DNA of 47,168 nucleotides from an uncultured Eubacteriales bacterium (lineage in GTDB: Bacteria; Bacillota; Clostridia; Peptostreptococcales; Anaerovoracaceae): contig CADBFL010000001.1 in the NCBI GenBank assembly GCA_902793875.1, forward strand, positions 1 through 47,168, read 5' to 3'. Under the pieces are notes generated by a model. The model was not told the origin of the DNA. It saw nothing but the letters and a program-made list of their open reading frames with translations, and searched no databases. The translations under genes and the position numbers were made by a program. Within the stretch, counting starts at the first letter, position 1. Each line of letters begins with the position of its first letter. This document shows positions 1-8,800 of this stretch, one piece after another.

Positions 1-76
1 TGGTGCGCCCGGCGGGATTCGAACCCGCGGTCTTCGCCTTCGGAGGGCGCTACTCTATCCACTGAGCTACGGGCGC
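1..76 (-). tRNA. tRNA-Arg (anticodon CCG), CCA encoded
   Basis: Reverse complement reads GCGCCCG-TA-GCTC-AGTGGATA-GAGT-A-GCGCC-CTCCGAA-GGCGA-AGACC-GCGGG-TTCGAAT-CCCGC-CGGGCGC-A-CCA. It has a perfect 7-bp acceptor stem, a 5-bp T stem with a TTCGAAT loop, and the anticodon loop CT-CCG-AA. Confidence 0.85.
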
Positions 77-123
77 ATATGTGCCGGGCGGGAGATATGT
101 CCCGGTCCGGCGTATTTCTTCCT

Positions 124-1125
124 TTACAGGTAATCCGTCTCGTATCCCATCGGCCTGCCCATCAGGGTCTCCATCGCGTCCTCGACGGTGATGTTGCCCT
201 TGATGACATTGTAGATGGCGTCGGAGATAGGCATCTCAACATTCAGGCTTTCGGCGAGCTCGTGCACCACCTCGGCGGTGTACATGCCCTCTGCGACCAT
301 GCCGATCTCCTTTATGGCTTCTTCAGGCGTGTGGCCCTGTCCGATCAGCCTTCCGCAGCGGAAGTTCCTTGAATGTATGCTGGTGCAGGTGACTATCATG
401 TCGCCTATGCCCGCGAGACCGAAGAACGTCGAAGGCCTTGCTCCCATGACGACTCCCAGAGCCGTCGTCTCGGCGCAGCCTCTTGTCAGCATCGCCGCGA
501 GAGTGTTGTCTCCGTAGCCGAGCCCGTCGATGATGCCGGAGCCTACTGCCAGCACGTTCTTTAAGGACGCGGCGAGCTCCATGCCCATCATGTCGTCGTT
601 CAGATATACCCTGAACCTGTTGTTCATGAAGAGCTCGGCCATGGCCATGGCTGACTCCTCCTTCTGCGACGACATCGCTACGGCGGTCGGAACTCCGATG
701 CCGACCTCCTCGGCGTGGGAAGGGCCTGAGATGCATACGTATCTGTCCATGTCGAAGTATTCGCTGATGACCTCGGACATCCTCTTGTGGGTCTTCTGCT
801 CTATTCCCTTCGAGATGCAGGTGATTATCGCGTCTTTTCGGATGAAAGGCGCGGCCGCGCTGATGGCGCTCCTTACATGCTGGGCCGGAAGAGCGAAGAT
901 GACGAAGTCCGCGTCGCTGATGGCCTCCTCATTGGTTTTGCAGAAGTGGTAATCACCCTTCAGTTTGACGCCCGGAAGATAGTCCTTGTTTTCCATGTCG
1001 GCTTCCATGCGGGCGAGATGGTCCTGATCTATGTCGTAGATGTTGACTCTGCAGCCCTTTGCCGCAACGATCGTGGAGAGAGCTGTTCCGAAGCTGCCTC
1101 CGCCTACGAATGCTACTGTCTTCAT
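124..1125 (-). CDS. gpsA: NAD(P)H-dependent glycerol-3-phosphate dehydrogenase
   Basis: 333-aa ORF with the N-terminal Rossmann motif VAFVGGGSFGTAL. Length and overall sequence are typical of GpsA. Confidence 0.9.
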   Translation of the reverse strand: MKTVAFVGGGSFGTALSTIVAAKGCRVNIYDIDQDHLARMEADMENKDYLPGVKLKGDYHFCKTNEEAISDADFVIFALPAQHVRSAISAAAPFIRKDAIITCISKGIEQKTHKRMSEVISEYFDMDRYVCISGPSHAEEVGIGVPTAVAMSSQKEESAMAMAELFMNNRFRVYLNDDMMGMELAASLKNVLAVGSGIIDGLGYGDNTLAAMLTRGCAETTALGVVMGARPSTFFGLAGIGDMIVTCTSIHSRNFRCGRLIGQGHTPEEAIKEIGMVAEGMYTAEVVHELAESLNVEMPISDAIYNVIKGNITVEDAMETLMGRPMGYETDYL

Positions 1126-1250
1126 GTCGGTCCCCTTTATGAGTCGTTCTCCGGATTAACCTGAGACCAATTGTACACTTTTTGCATAAGCAAAGCAAAA
1201 CGGACCGTTATGTGATAGAATGGGTAGCGTGAAAAAGGAAGGAGACTTCA

Positions 1251-1826
1251 ATGGCAACCAACAAAAACAGAAAACAGCTGAAGTTCGTACTCAACGATAA
1301 GGACTACGAAGCGTTCGGACGCTACCGCATAATGTACACGGCTCAGGGCCGCAGGATGGTGATGAGACAGCGCATCACGTATATCATATCGGGCATCTGC
1401 ATCGCAGCGCTCTTTTATGTGTTCCCGGTATCCCAAAGCTTTACCAGGATCGCATATGTGGTCGCGGCGGTCATAGGCATCGGCGGAGCGATATTCGCCG
1501 AAAAGATCGTTCTCAAGCAGCAGAGGCAGGCGATCGAGCGCGCGGAAGCCACCGCCGACTCGGTCAATCAGCCAGAAAACACGGTGCGCTTCGATGACGA
1601 GACCTTCGAGACGAAGGCCGGGGATGATGTACAGACCTTCAGATATGCAGACATCGGACTCATCGACCTGACCGAAGAGGCCATCTACGTATGGATGAGC
1701 GATGAGATGATCATGCCTGTGCCTCTCCACGCCTTCAGGAGCCTGGACGACATGAAGGAGCTCTACAAGTGGATCAAGGCAAAGATAAAGGAGCAGGGCG
1801 GCGCAGCCGGAGACGACGATAAATAG
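1251..1826 (+). CDS. YcxB-like membrane protein (function unknown)
   Basis: 191-aa ORF with the RBS GGAAGGAG upstream. It has two central hydrophobic helices (ITYIISGICIAALFYVF, IAYVVAAVIGIGGAIFA), the layout seen in YcxB-family proteins. Confidence 0.5.
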   Translation: MATNKNRKQLKFVLNDKDYEAFGRYRIMYTAQGRRMVMRQRITYIISGICIAALFYVFPVSQSFTRIAYVVAAVIGIGGAIFAEKIVLKQQRQAIERAEATADSVNQPENTVRFDDETFETKAGDDVQTFRYADIGLIDLTEEAIYVWMSDEMIMPVPLHAFRSLDDMKELYKWIKAKIKEQGGAAGDDDK

Positions 1827-1874
1827 TCAACCAGTGTATTTTGTGAAAAACAACAAAAAATCTCTGATTTTTAG

Positions 1875-1903
1875 TTGACATCCAACACAAGTGTTGCTAT
1901 AGT
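1875..1903 (+). promoter_or_regulatory. SigA-type promoter of the metNIQ leader
   Basis: TTGACA (1875-1880), a 17-nt spacer, then TATAGT (1898-1903). Confidence 0.6.
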
Positions 1904-1940
1904 CACAAATGAACTTATTCTATGAAAGGAGCGCATCCAC

Positions 1941-2006
1941 ATGAGAACAAACATGATGATGACAATGGGAATGATGGGCATGTGCATGCGCAGAGCCGAT
2001 GAATAG
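1941..2006 (+). CDS. Met-rich leader mini-ORF (21 codons, MRTNMMMTMGMMGMCMRRADE)
   Basis: ATG at 1941 lies 9 nt after AAAGGAG, and the stop TAG is at 2004-2006. Nine of the 21 codons are ATG. It lies between the promoter and a terminator upstream of metN, and is below the size cutoff of the ORF track. Confidence 0.55.
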   Translation: MRTNMMMTMGMMGMCMRRADE

Positions 2007-2064
2007 CATAGGATAAGGTCGTAACGAATAAAACCGGAACTATGAGTTTTCTCATGTGATGCAG

Positions 2065-2097
2065 GCGGACAGGTCGTTAAGGCCGGTCCGCTTTTTT
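2065..2097 (+). terminator. Intrinsic terminator/attenuator in the metNIQ leader
   Basis: GCGGACAGG (2065-2073) pairs with CCGGTCCGC (2083-2091) with one mismatch, followed by TTTTTT. It sits 46 nt upstream of the metN start. Confidence 0.6.
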
Positions 2098-2142
2098 ACA
2101 CTCAGAACTATAGACAGAAGCTATAACGGAAAGGGATAACAA

Positions 2143-3195
2143 TTGAGCGAGCACATAATCAGTCTTCAGGGAGTGACCAAGGAATTCGATACCAAAGGGG
2201 GCAAAGTGGTCGCGCTGAAGGACATAGACCTGAATATCGAAAAAGGGGATTCGTACGGGATCATCGGGCTCTCCGGAGCCGGCAAGTCCACTCTCGTAAG
2301 GACGATCAATCTGCTTGAGGAGCCGACCGAAGGAAAGGTCCTCTTCGACGGGAAGCTGCTCACAGGGCTTTCGGCGAAGGAGCTCAACCTCGAGAGGCGG
2401 AGGATCTCGATGATATTCCAGCAGTTCAACCTGCTGATGCAGAGGGACGCGGTCGGCAACATCTGCTTCCCTCTGGAGATCGCCGGAGTGCCGAAGGCCG
2501 AGGCTGCCGAAAAGGCACGGGAGCTTCTGAAGGTAGTCGACCTCGAGGAGAGAGCGAATTCATATCCGTCGCAGCTCTCGGGAGGACAGAAGCAGAGAGT
2601 GGCCATCGCAAGGGCGCTGGCATCGGACCCCGAAGTCATACTCTGCGACGAGGCCACATCGGCCCTGGATCCGAAGACCACAAGATCGATACTGGCGCTT
2701 CTGAGAAAGATCAACGAGGAGCGCGGCATAACCCTGGTGGTCATCACGCACGAGATGGAGGTCATCAAGCAGCTCTGCAACAAGGTGGCGGTCATAGAGA
2801 ACGGCGAGATAGTCGAAAGAGGAGATGTCCAGGAGATGTTCAGAAAGCCTAAGACCAAGGCCGCCAGAAAGCTCTTCTTCCCGGACGGACAGGTCACGGA
2901 GAAGCCTCTTGTGAGGACATCGACAAAGAACAGGGTGAGGCTTGTATACGATGAATCCACCGCGGGCGAGCCTATAATCGCCAACATGATCATGGAACTC
3001 GGGGCGCCGGTGAACTTCCTCTACGCCAACCTCGACGTTCTCGGAGGAGCCCAGAAGGGACAGATGGTCATATGCCTGGCAGAAGACGCGGCGACTGCCG
3101 CGAAGCAGAAGGAATACCTCAGGGCGAAGGGAGTGGACTTCACTGAGATAGAGGAAGATGAGATCGACCACCACGGAGAGGAGGGTGATGCGTAA
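2143..3195 (+). CDS. metN: Methionine ABC transporter ATP-binding protein
   Basis: 350 aa, TTG start 6 nt after GGAAAGGGA. It has Walker A GLSGAGKST, the signature LSGGQKQR and a C-terminal NIL/ACT-like domain typical of MetN. Confidence 0.9.
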   Translation: MSEHIISLQGVTKEFDTKGGKVVALKDIDLNIEKGDSYGIIGLSGAGKSTLVRTINLLEEPTEGKVLFDGKLLTGLSAKELNLERRRISMIFQQFNLLMQRDAVGNICFPLEIAGVPKAEAAEKARELLKVVDLEERANSYPSQLSGGQKQRVAIARALASDPEVILCDEATSALDPKTTRSILALLRKINEERGITLVVITHEMEVIKQLCNKVAVIENGEIVERGDVQEMFRKPKTKAARKLFFPDGQVTEKPLVRTSTKNRVRLVYDESTAGEPIIANMIMELGAPVNFLYANLDVLGGAQKGQMVICLAEDAATAAKQKEYLRAKGVDFTEIEEDEIDHHGEEGDA

Positions 3196-3857
3196 TGGAT
3201 GCACAGACATTGATCCGGCTGCTCGGAGAGGGCACGGTCCAGACGCTGATCATGACCCTGGTCGGGACGCTCGTATCGTATCTGATCGGACTTCCGGTGG
3301 GCGTGTCGCTCATAGTCACAGGGCCCAACGGCATAAAGCCGGCTCCGCTGTACAACAGGACGATGGGCTTCATCGTCAACGTGATCAGATCGATGCCGTT
3401 CCTCATACTCATGATCGCCGTCATGCCTTACATAAGGAAGGTGATCGGGACGGGAATAGGGACATCCGCCACCACGGCGGCGCTGATAGTAGCGGCGTGG
3501 CCTTTCGTAGCCAGACTGGTGGAGCAGAGCCTGCTCGAAGTCGACTCCGGGGTCATCGAAGCCGCCCAGGCCATGGGGGCCGGCACCATGCAGATAGTCC
3601 GCAAGGTGCTGCTCCTGGAGGCAAGACCGTCGCTCATAAACGGAGCGGCAGTCGCGACCATCACCATACTGGGATACTCGGCGATGGCCGGTACGCTCGG
3701 CGGCGGAGGTCTCGGAGACATAGCCATCAGATTCGGCCACTACAGGTTCCAGCCTGATGTGATGTGGATAACGATACTCGTGCTGGTCGTGCTTGTGCAG
3801 ATAATGCAGGAGATCGGCGTGAAACTGGCGGGCAGACTTGACAACCGCCTGAACTAG
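3195..3857 (+). CDS. metI: Methionine ABC transporter permease
   Basis: 220-aa polytopic membrane protein of the MetI type. Its start overlaps the metN stop (TAATG). Confidence 0.9.
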   Translation: MDAQTLIRLLGEGTVQTLIMTLVGTLVSYLIGLPVGVSLIVTGPNGIKPAPLYNRTMGFIVNVIRSMPFLILMIAVMPYIRKVIGTGIGTSATTAALIVAAWPFVARLVEQSLLEVDSGVIEAAQAMGAGTMQIVRKVLLLEARPSLINGAAVATITILGYSAMAGTLGGGGLGDIAIRFGHYRFQPDVMWITILVLVVLVQIMQEIGVKLAGRLDNRLN

Positions 3858-3918
3858 CTATCAGATAACACTGAAAATAAAGAGAAGGTAAAACTCATAA
3901 GGGGAAAGGAGAACTGAC

Positions 3919-4761
3919 ATGAAGAACATCAAAAGATTCAGCATTCTGGCACTCGCGCTCGTACTCGCTCTCGGCGTTTTCAGCGCATGCGGCAAGAGCG
4001 GCGGCGGTGAAGAAGGCGGAGACGACAGCGCGGACAAGACCATCACAGTGGCGGCATCGCCTACGCCTCACGCAGAGATCCTGAACTCGATCAGCGACGC
4101 TCTCGCTGAAGAGGGATGGACGCTCGAGGTCAAGGAATTTGAAGACTATGTGCAGCCTAACGTTGCAACGACCGACGGCGACGTGGACGCAAACTACTTC
4201 CAGCACGTTCCGTATCTCGATGAATACAACCAGCAGAACGGCACCAAACTCGTAGCAGTAGGCAATGTGCACTATGAGCCGATGGGCGTATACGCGGGAC
4301 AGAAGAAGAGCTTCGACGAGCTGGCTGAAGGCGACAAGATCGGCATCCCTAACGATGCAACGAACGGCGCCAGGGCGCTGCTCCTTCTTCAGGACAACGG
4401 AGTCATCAAGCTCAAGGACGATGCAGGCGTGACGGCAACAGAGGAAGACATCGCCGAGAATCCTAAGAACATCGAGATCGTGCCTCTCGAAGCGGCGCAG
4501 ATCCCGGGATCGCTCGAGGACCTCGCGGTCGGAGTCATCAACGCCAACTACGCTATAGGAGCGGGGCTGGACATCAAGGGAGCCCTCGCGACAGAGGCAA
4601 GTGATTCCCTCGCGGCAGACACGTATGTGAACGTGATCGTTGTGAACGAGGAGAACAAGGACAGCGAGAAGACGAAAGCCCTTGTCAAGGCCATCCAGAC
4701 AGACGCCGTAAAGAAGTTCATCGAAGAAAAGTACAACGGCGCGGTAGTGGCGAAATTCTAG
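3919..4761 (+). CDS. metQ: Methionine-binding lipoprotein (NlpA/MetQ family)
   Basis: 280 aa with a signal peptide and the lipobox VFSAC (Cys24). It is an NlpA-type substrate-binding protein and the third gene of the met transporter cluster. Confidence 0.9.
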   Translation: MKNIKRFSILALALVLALGVFSACGKSGGGEEGGDDSADKTITVAASPTPHAEILNSISDALAEEGWTLEVKEFEDYVQPNVATTDGDVDANYFQHVPYLDEYNQQNGTKLVAVGNVHYEPMGVYAGQKKSFDELAEGDKIGIPNDATNGARALLLLQDNGVIKLKDDAGVTATEEDIAENPKNIEIVPLEAAQIPGSLEDLAVGVINANYAIGAGLDIKGALATEASDSLAADTYVNVIVVNEENKDSEKTKALVKAIQTDAVKKFIEEKYNGAVVAKF

Positions 4762-4797
4762 ACAGAGGGAAGGCGAAAAAATCAATAATCGTTTATA

Positions 4798-4832
4798 CAA
4801 AGCTCTCCTGCCTTAATGACGGGGGAGCTTTG
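4798..4832 (+). terminator. Possible weak terminator hairpin after metQ
   Basis: CAAAGCTCTCC (4798-4808) pairs with GGGGAGCTTTG (4822-4832), an 11-bp stem with one wobble. The downstream T tract is poor. Confidence 0.35.
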
Positions 4833-4879
4833 TGCTATCATTGGGAAGCGGACAAAAAACGAAAGGCAGAGACTGAGAC

Positions 4880-5581
4880 ATGCACAAAACAGCAGTGCTG
4901 GCGGGAACGCCGGTGGATACACAGATGGGGGTGGACTTTCTTAACGGAAAGAACGAAACGGCGGCAGAGGACATGCGGATAAAGCCGCTGTACAGGCCTG
5001 TGACGGAGGACTGCGACGTCCAGCTGAGGTTCCAGTATTCGGACGACGACGAAAAGCGCGATGTCCTGGATTCCATATTTGACGCGGATATCGAAGACGG
5101 CGTCAGGGACTTTTTCATATACTGCAACTCGCTTTCGGGAGCCTTCGATTTCGACAGATACGCCATGCGAAAATCCCTTGAGAGCGGAGAGGACATCCGC
5201 ATATATACCCCGCTGCAGATATACAGAAAACTCGGAGAGAACTACAGCCGGATAGGGGTCCTTGCGGCAAATAACCTGTCGGCTCATTCCATAGAGGAGG
5301 CCCTCTTGTCGTCCAACGGGGACCTGTATGTCATCGGCTCGGGAAACATGGCGATCGTAAGGGCCATAGAGGACGGAAAAGACCCGCGGCAGATCGCCGG
5401 GGAGTGCGGGCTCGCCGCTGCGGCCGCCTACATGAAGGCCTGCGGAGCTGAGGCGCTGCTTCTGGGCTGCACGCATTTTCCCTGCCTCAGGGAGGAGCTT
5501 GAAAAGATCTGCAGGCTTCCGATCATAGATCCCGCCGACATGATGTACGAAGAGCTGATGAAGCATCTCATAAGAGAGTGA
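4880..5581 (+). CDS. Asp/Glu/hydantoin racemase superfamily protein
   Basis: 233 aa with the two catalytic-Cys contexts of the family (IYCNSLSG and LLLGCTHFP). The N-terminus is not MurI-like. Confidence 0.7.
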   Translation: MHKTAVLAGTPVDTQMGVDFLNGKNETAAEDMRIKPLYRPVTEDCDVQLRFQYSDDDEKRDVLDSIFDADIEDGVRDFFIYCNSLSGAFDFDRYAMRKSLESGEDIRIYTPLQIYRKLGENYSRIGVLAANNLSAHSIEEALLSSNGDLYVIGSGNMAIVRAIEDGKDPRQIAGECGLAAAAAYMKACGAEALLLGCTHFPCLREELEKICRLPIIDPADMMYEELMKHLIRE

Positions 5582-5659
5582 TAAGAGCCGGAGGTTGACG
5601 CAAGAACATGCAATAACGCAGGATTTGCGTCAACACCGATGGTGACGCGGCATCACGGC

Positions 5660-5688
5660 CCGCCCGAAAAGGGCGGTTTTTCTTTTTA
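5660..5688 (+). terminator. Intrinsic terminator after the racemase gene
   Basis: CCGCCC-GAAAA-GGGCGG followed by TTTTTCTTTTT. A 10-bp perfect inverted repeat GTTGACGCAA/TTGCGTCAAC (5594-5634) precedes it. Confidence 0.65.
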
Positions 5689-5818
5689 ATTGTTTATTTT
5701 GGCGCCTGAATCCTTTATTTTGCAACGGATATACTATATAATCCACTATGTATATTTATGTGCCTGAATATACGGACTTCAGGCATCAAAGAAAGCATCA
5801 TTCTGAAGAAGGGACTGA

Positions 5819-8800
5819 ATGAAAATGGATAACAATTTTGTAAAAGTCGGTAAATGGGGCGAGTGCCTCTGGGGCATCAACGAGAACGGCGGGCTCTACA
5901 TCATAGAGGGTCTTGCCGGCAGCGTGGATGAAGGGATATCGCCGTGGGCTGATTCGATGGCGGCGATCACGTCCGCCAATACGGTCGGCACCGTGACATT
6001 CCCTGACGGGGCCTCTCTCGCGGGCCTGTTCAAGGGCTGCAAGAACATGGTGACTGCCGATCTCAGCGGCTTCGTCACGGACAATGTCTCGAACATGAGC
6101 TCGATGTTCGAGGGATGCGCCAACCTCAGGGAGCTCGACATCTCGTCTTTCGATACCCGCCGCTGCTCGAACATGCACGCGATGTTCAGCAAGTGCGCGA
6201 ACCTGGAGGAGATCCTTCTCGCCCAGGATTTCAGCACGGAAGGAGACGGAAGCACCCGCTGCGACAGGCTGGCTGTGAAGGAATACGGCAAGTATAAAAA
6301 GGCGAAGCCTATCTACGTCGAGGGATTCAGGGTGATATATCACGACAACCTCGACGAGGACCGCACCGAAGAAACAAGGACCACGCCGGGCGTCAGATAT
6401 ATCATCGAAGAGCCGATGTTCAGCTCGCCGAGCGACAGGGCGGTCTTCGTTTCGTGGAACACCGACCCCGATGCGAAGGGCGCGTATTACCGTCCGGGAA
6501 AGGCCGTCGATGCGCTCGACGAGGATCTCAACCTCTACGCAGTATGGGCATGGGCCCCTGTGATCAAACAGTCCCCTCAGATCAGATCATTCACATACGG
6601 AGAAAGGATACCGTTCGAAGTCCCTGAGATCGAATCCGTTAACGATCCGGAGGTCACCGGTTATCTCGAGATAAGCGAAACAGGCGAGGAAGGGACATGG
6701 AAGGTCATCAACCACAACACCATCCTTCCTGTATCCTACAACGGATGGCTCTGCAGGCTCCACGCCTCCAACAGCGTGGGCGAGGCCGTGTCCGATCCGG
6801 TCAAGCTCAATATAAAGAAGGCGAGCATTGACGTATCCGGCATACGCTGGGTCGAAGACAAAAACATGGTCTATGACGGCACGCCGAAGGAGGTCCATAT
6901 CGAGGGACTGCCTGACACCATCGAGCCGAGGTACGAGGGCAACGTCGCCACCGACGCGGGCACGTATACCGCGAGCTACGCGTTCGTCTTCGACAGGGAC
7001 AACTTCAACGAGCCTGTCACGGTAAGAGAGCACGAGTGGACCATCCGCAAGGCTGCCCTCGACATGTCGCAGGTGCGCTGGAACTACACGGGCGCATTCA
7101 GATATGACGGCACGGCCAGGAGCGTGGAGCTCACCGGCCTGCCTGAGGGAGTCACCGCGATCTATGAGAACAACGTCGCGACGGATACCGGCGTGTATAC
7201 CGCGACGGCGATGCTCAACTACGATTTCAAGAATTACGAAAAGCCGGCAGACATAGTCCCGTGCGTATGGGAGATCAGAAAGGTCACCATCGATGCGAGC
7301 TCTATCCGCTGGTCGGATTATGACGACTTCGTTTATGACGGCAACCCTAAGGGCGTGTATATCACGAACCTGCCTGACGACGCGGAGGTCGTATACGACG
7401 GGGCCGAAGAGACTCTCGCCGGCAAATACCTGGCAAGAGCGGCCTTCATCGGCAACTACAATACGAATGCTCCTGCGGAGTACGAGTGGGAGATCGCCAA
7501 GAGGCACTACGACCTCAGCAACGTCAGATGGACCGAGCAGAGGGACTTCTCGTATGACGGAGAGCCTCACGGCATAGTCCTCACAGGCGTTCCCGAGGAT
7601 CTGCAGGTAAGATATTCGGGCAATGTGGGAGTGACTGCGGGCAGCTATACCGCAAGGGCGGTGTTCATCAATCCGGACACTCACAACTACATCACGCCTG
7701 CCGACATGACCATGGAATGGCAGATAAGCAAGAAGTTCGTCGACATGTCGCAGGTCCGCTGGGATTACGAGGGAGCGTTCACATACGACGGAGAGGCGAA
7801 GGCCGTTTCGCTGGTCGGACTGCCTGAGGGCATAGGCGTGGATTACGAGAACTTCATGGCCTTCGATGCGGGCGAATACAACGCGCGCGCGATCCTGAGG
7901 TATGACGAGGACAATCTCGACGTCGAGTGGCCTGCGGACTGCCAGTGGAGGATCAACAAGAAAAAGATCGACGTGTCCGGCATCTACTGGGATTACAGCG
8001 ACGCGTTCACGTACACCGGAAGAGAGCACGCCGTTTATCTGGCGGGAGTTCCCGAAGGGCTGAACGTCGAATACGCAGACAACGTCAAGACGGAGACGGG
8101 CACATATGTCGCGAGCGCGACCCTGACTCCTGTTGACGAGGGCAACTACGAGGTGCCTGAAGTCAACGGCTGCACATGGACCATAAGAAAGGCCGAGTAC
8201 GAATTCGGAGCGATCGAGTGGACCGATTACAGGGGCTTTGTGTACGACGGAAAGGAAAAGAAGGTCAGGATCGAGTCCGGACTGGACGAGAATATCCGGG
8301 TCGAATACGAGGATGATACCGCGGTCAACGCCGGCAGGTACTTCACCAAGGCGGTATTCTCGCTGACCGATGACACCAACCTGAATCCGCCGAAGCCGGA
8401 GGGCTACTCGTGGAGCATCGCGAAGGCCAGACACGACATGTCCAAGGTCGTTTGGGACTATGAGAACGCATTCACCTACGACGGAAGCGAGAAGTCCGTG
8501 AGACTCCGCGGCGTCCCTGAAGGGGTGATAGTGAACTACAGGAACGCTTCGGCCAGCGACGCCGGAGACTATACCGCAGTCGCCCGCTTCGAGGTGCAGG
8601 ACGCTAACAACTACGAGACCAGCATACCTGACATGGTGCTCGACTGGACTATAAGAAAAGCCGTCTTCGACATGAGCGGAGCTAAATGGCAGGGAGACAG
8701 GGAATACGCCTACGACGGCGAGCTCAAGGGCGAGAGCCTGAGGCTGACCGGGCTTCCTGACGGCGTCGTCCCTGTATACGTCGACAGCACCGCGGTCGAT

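Noticed and set aside
78-123. GC-rich imperfect hairpin (CCGGGCGGGA..TCCCGGTCCGG) between gpsA and the tRNA as the gpsA terminator
   Set aside because: No U tract follows it on the minus strand, and the pairing is imperfect. It may only mark co-transcription or processing with the tRNA, so I did not list it as a feature.
1904-2142. S-box (SAM-I) riboswitch or Met T-box upstream of metN
   Set aside because: I could not find the conserved S-box core or the T-box sequence (AGGGTGGNACCGCG-like) by eye. The leader is short and dominated by the mini-ORF and one terminator. This needs cmscan to be certain.
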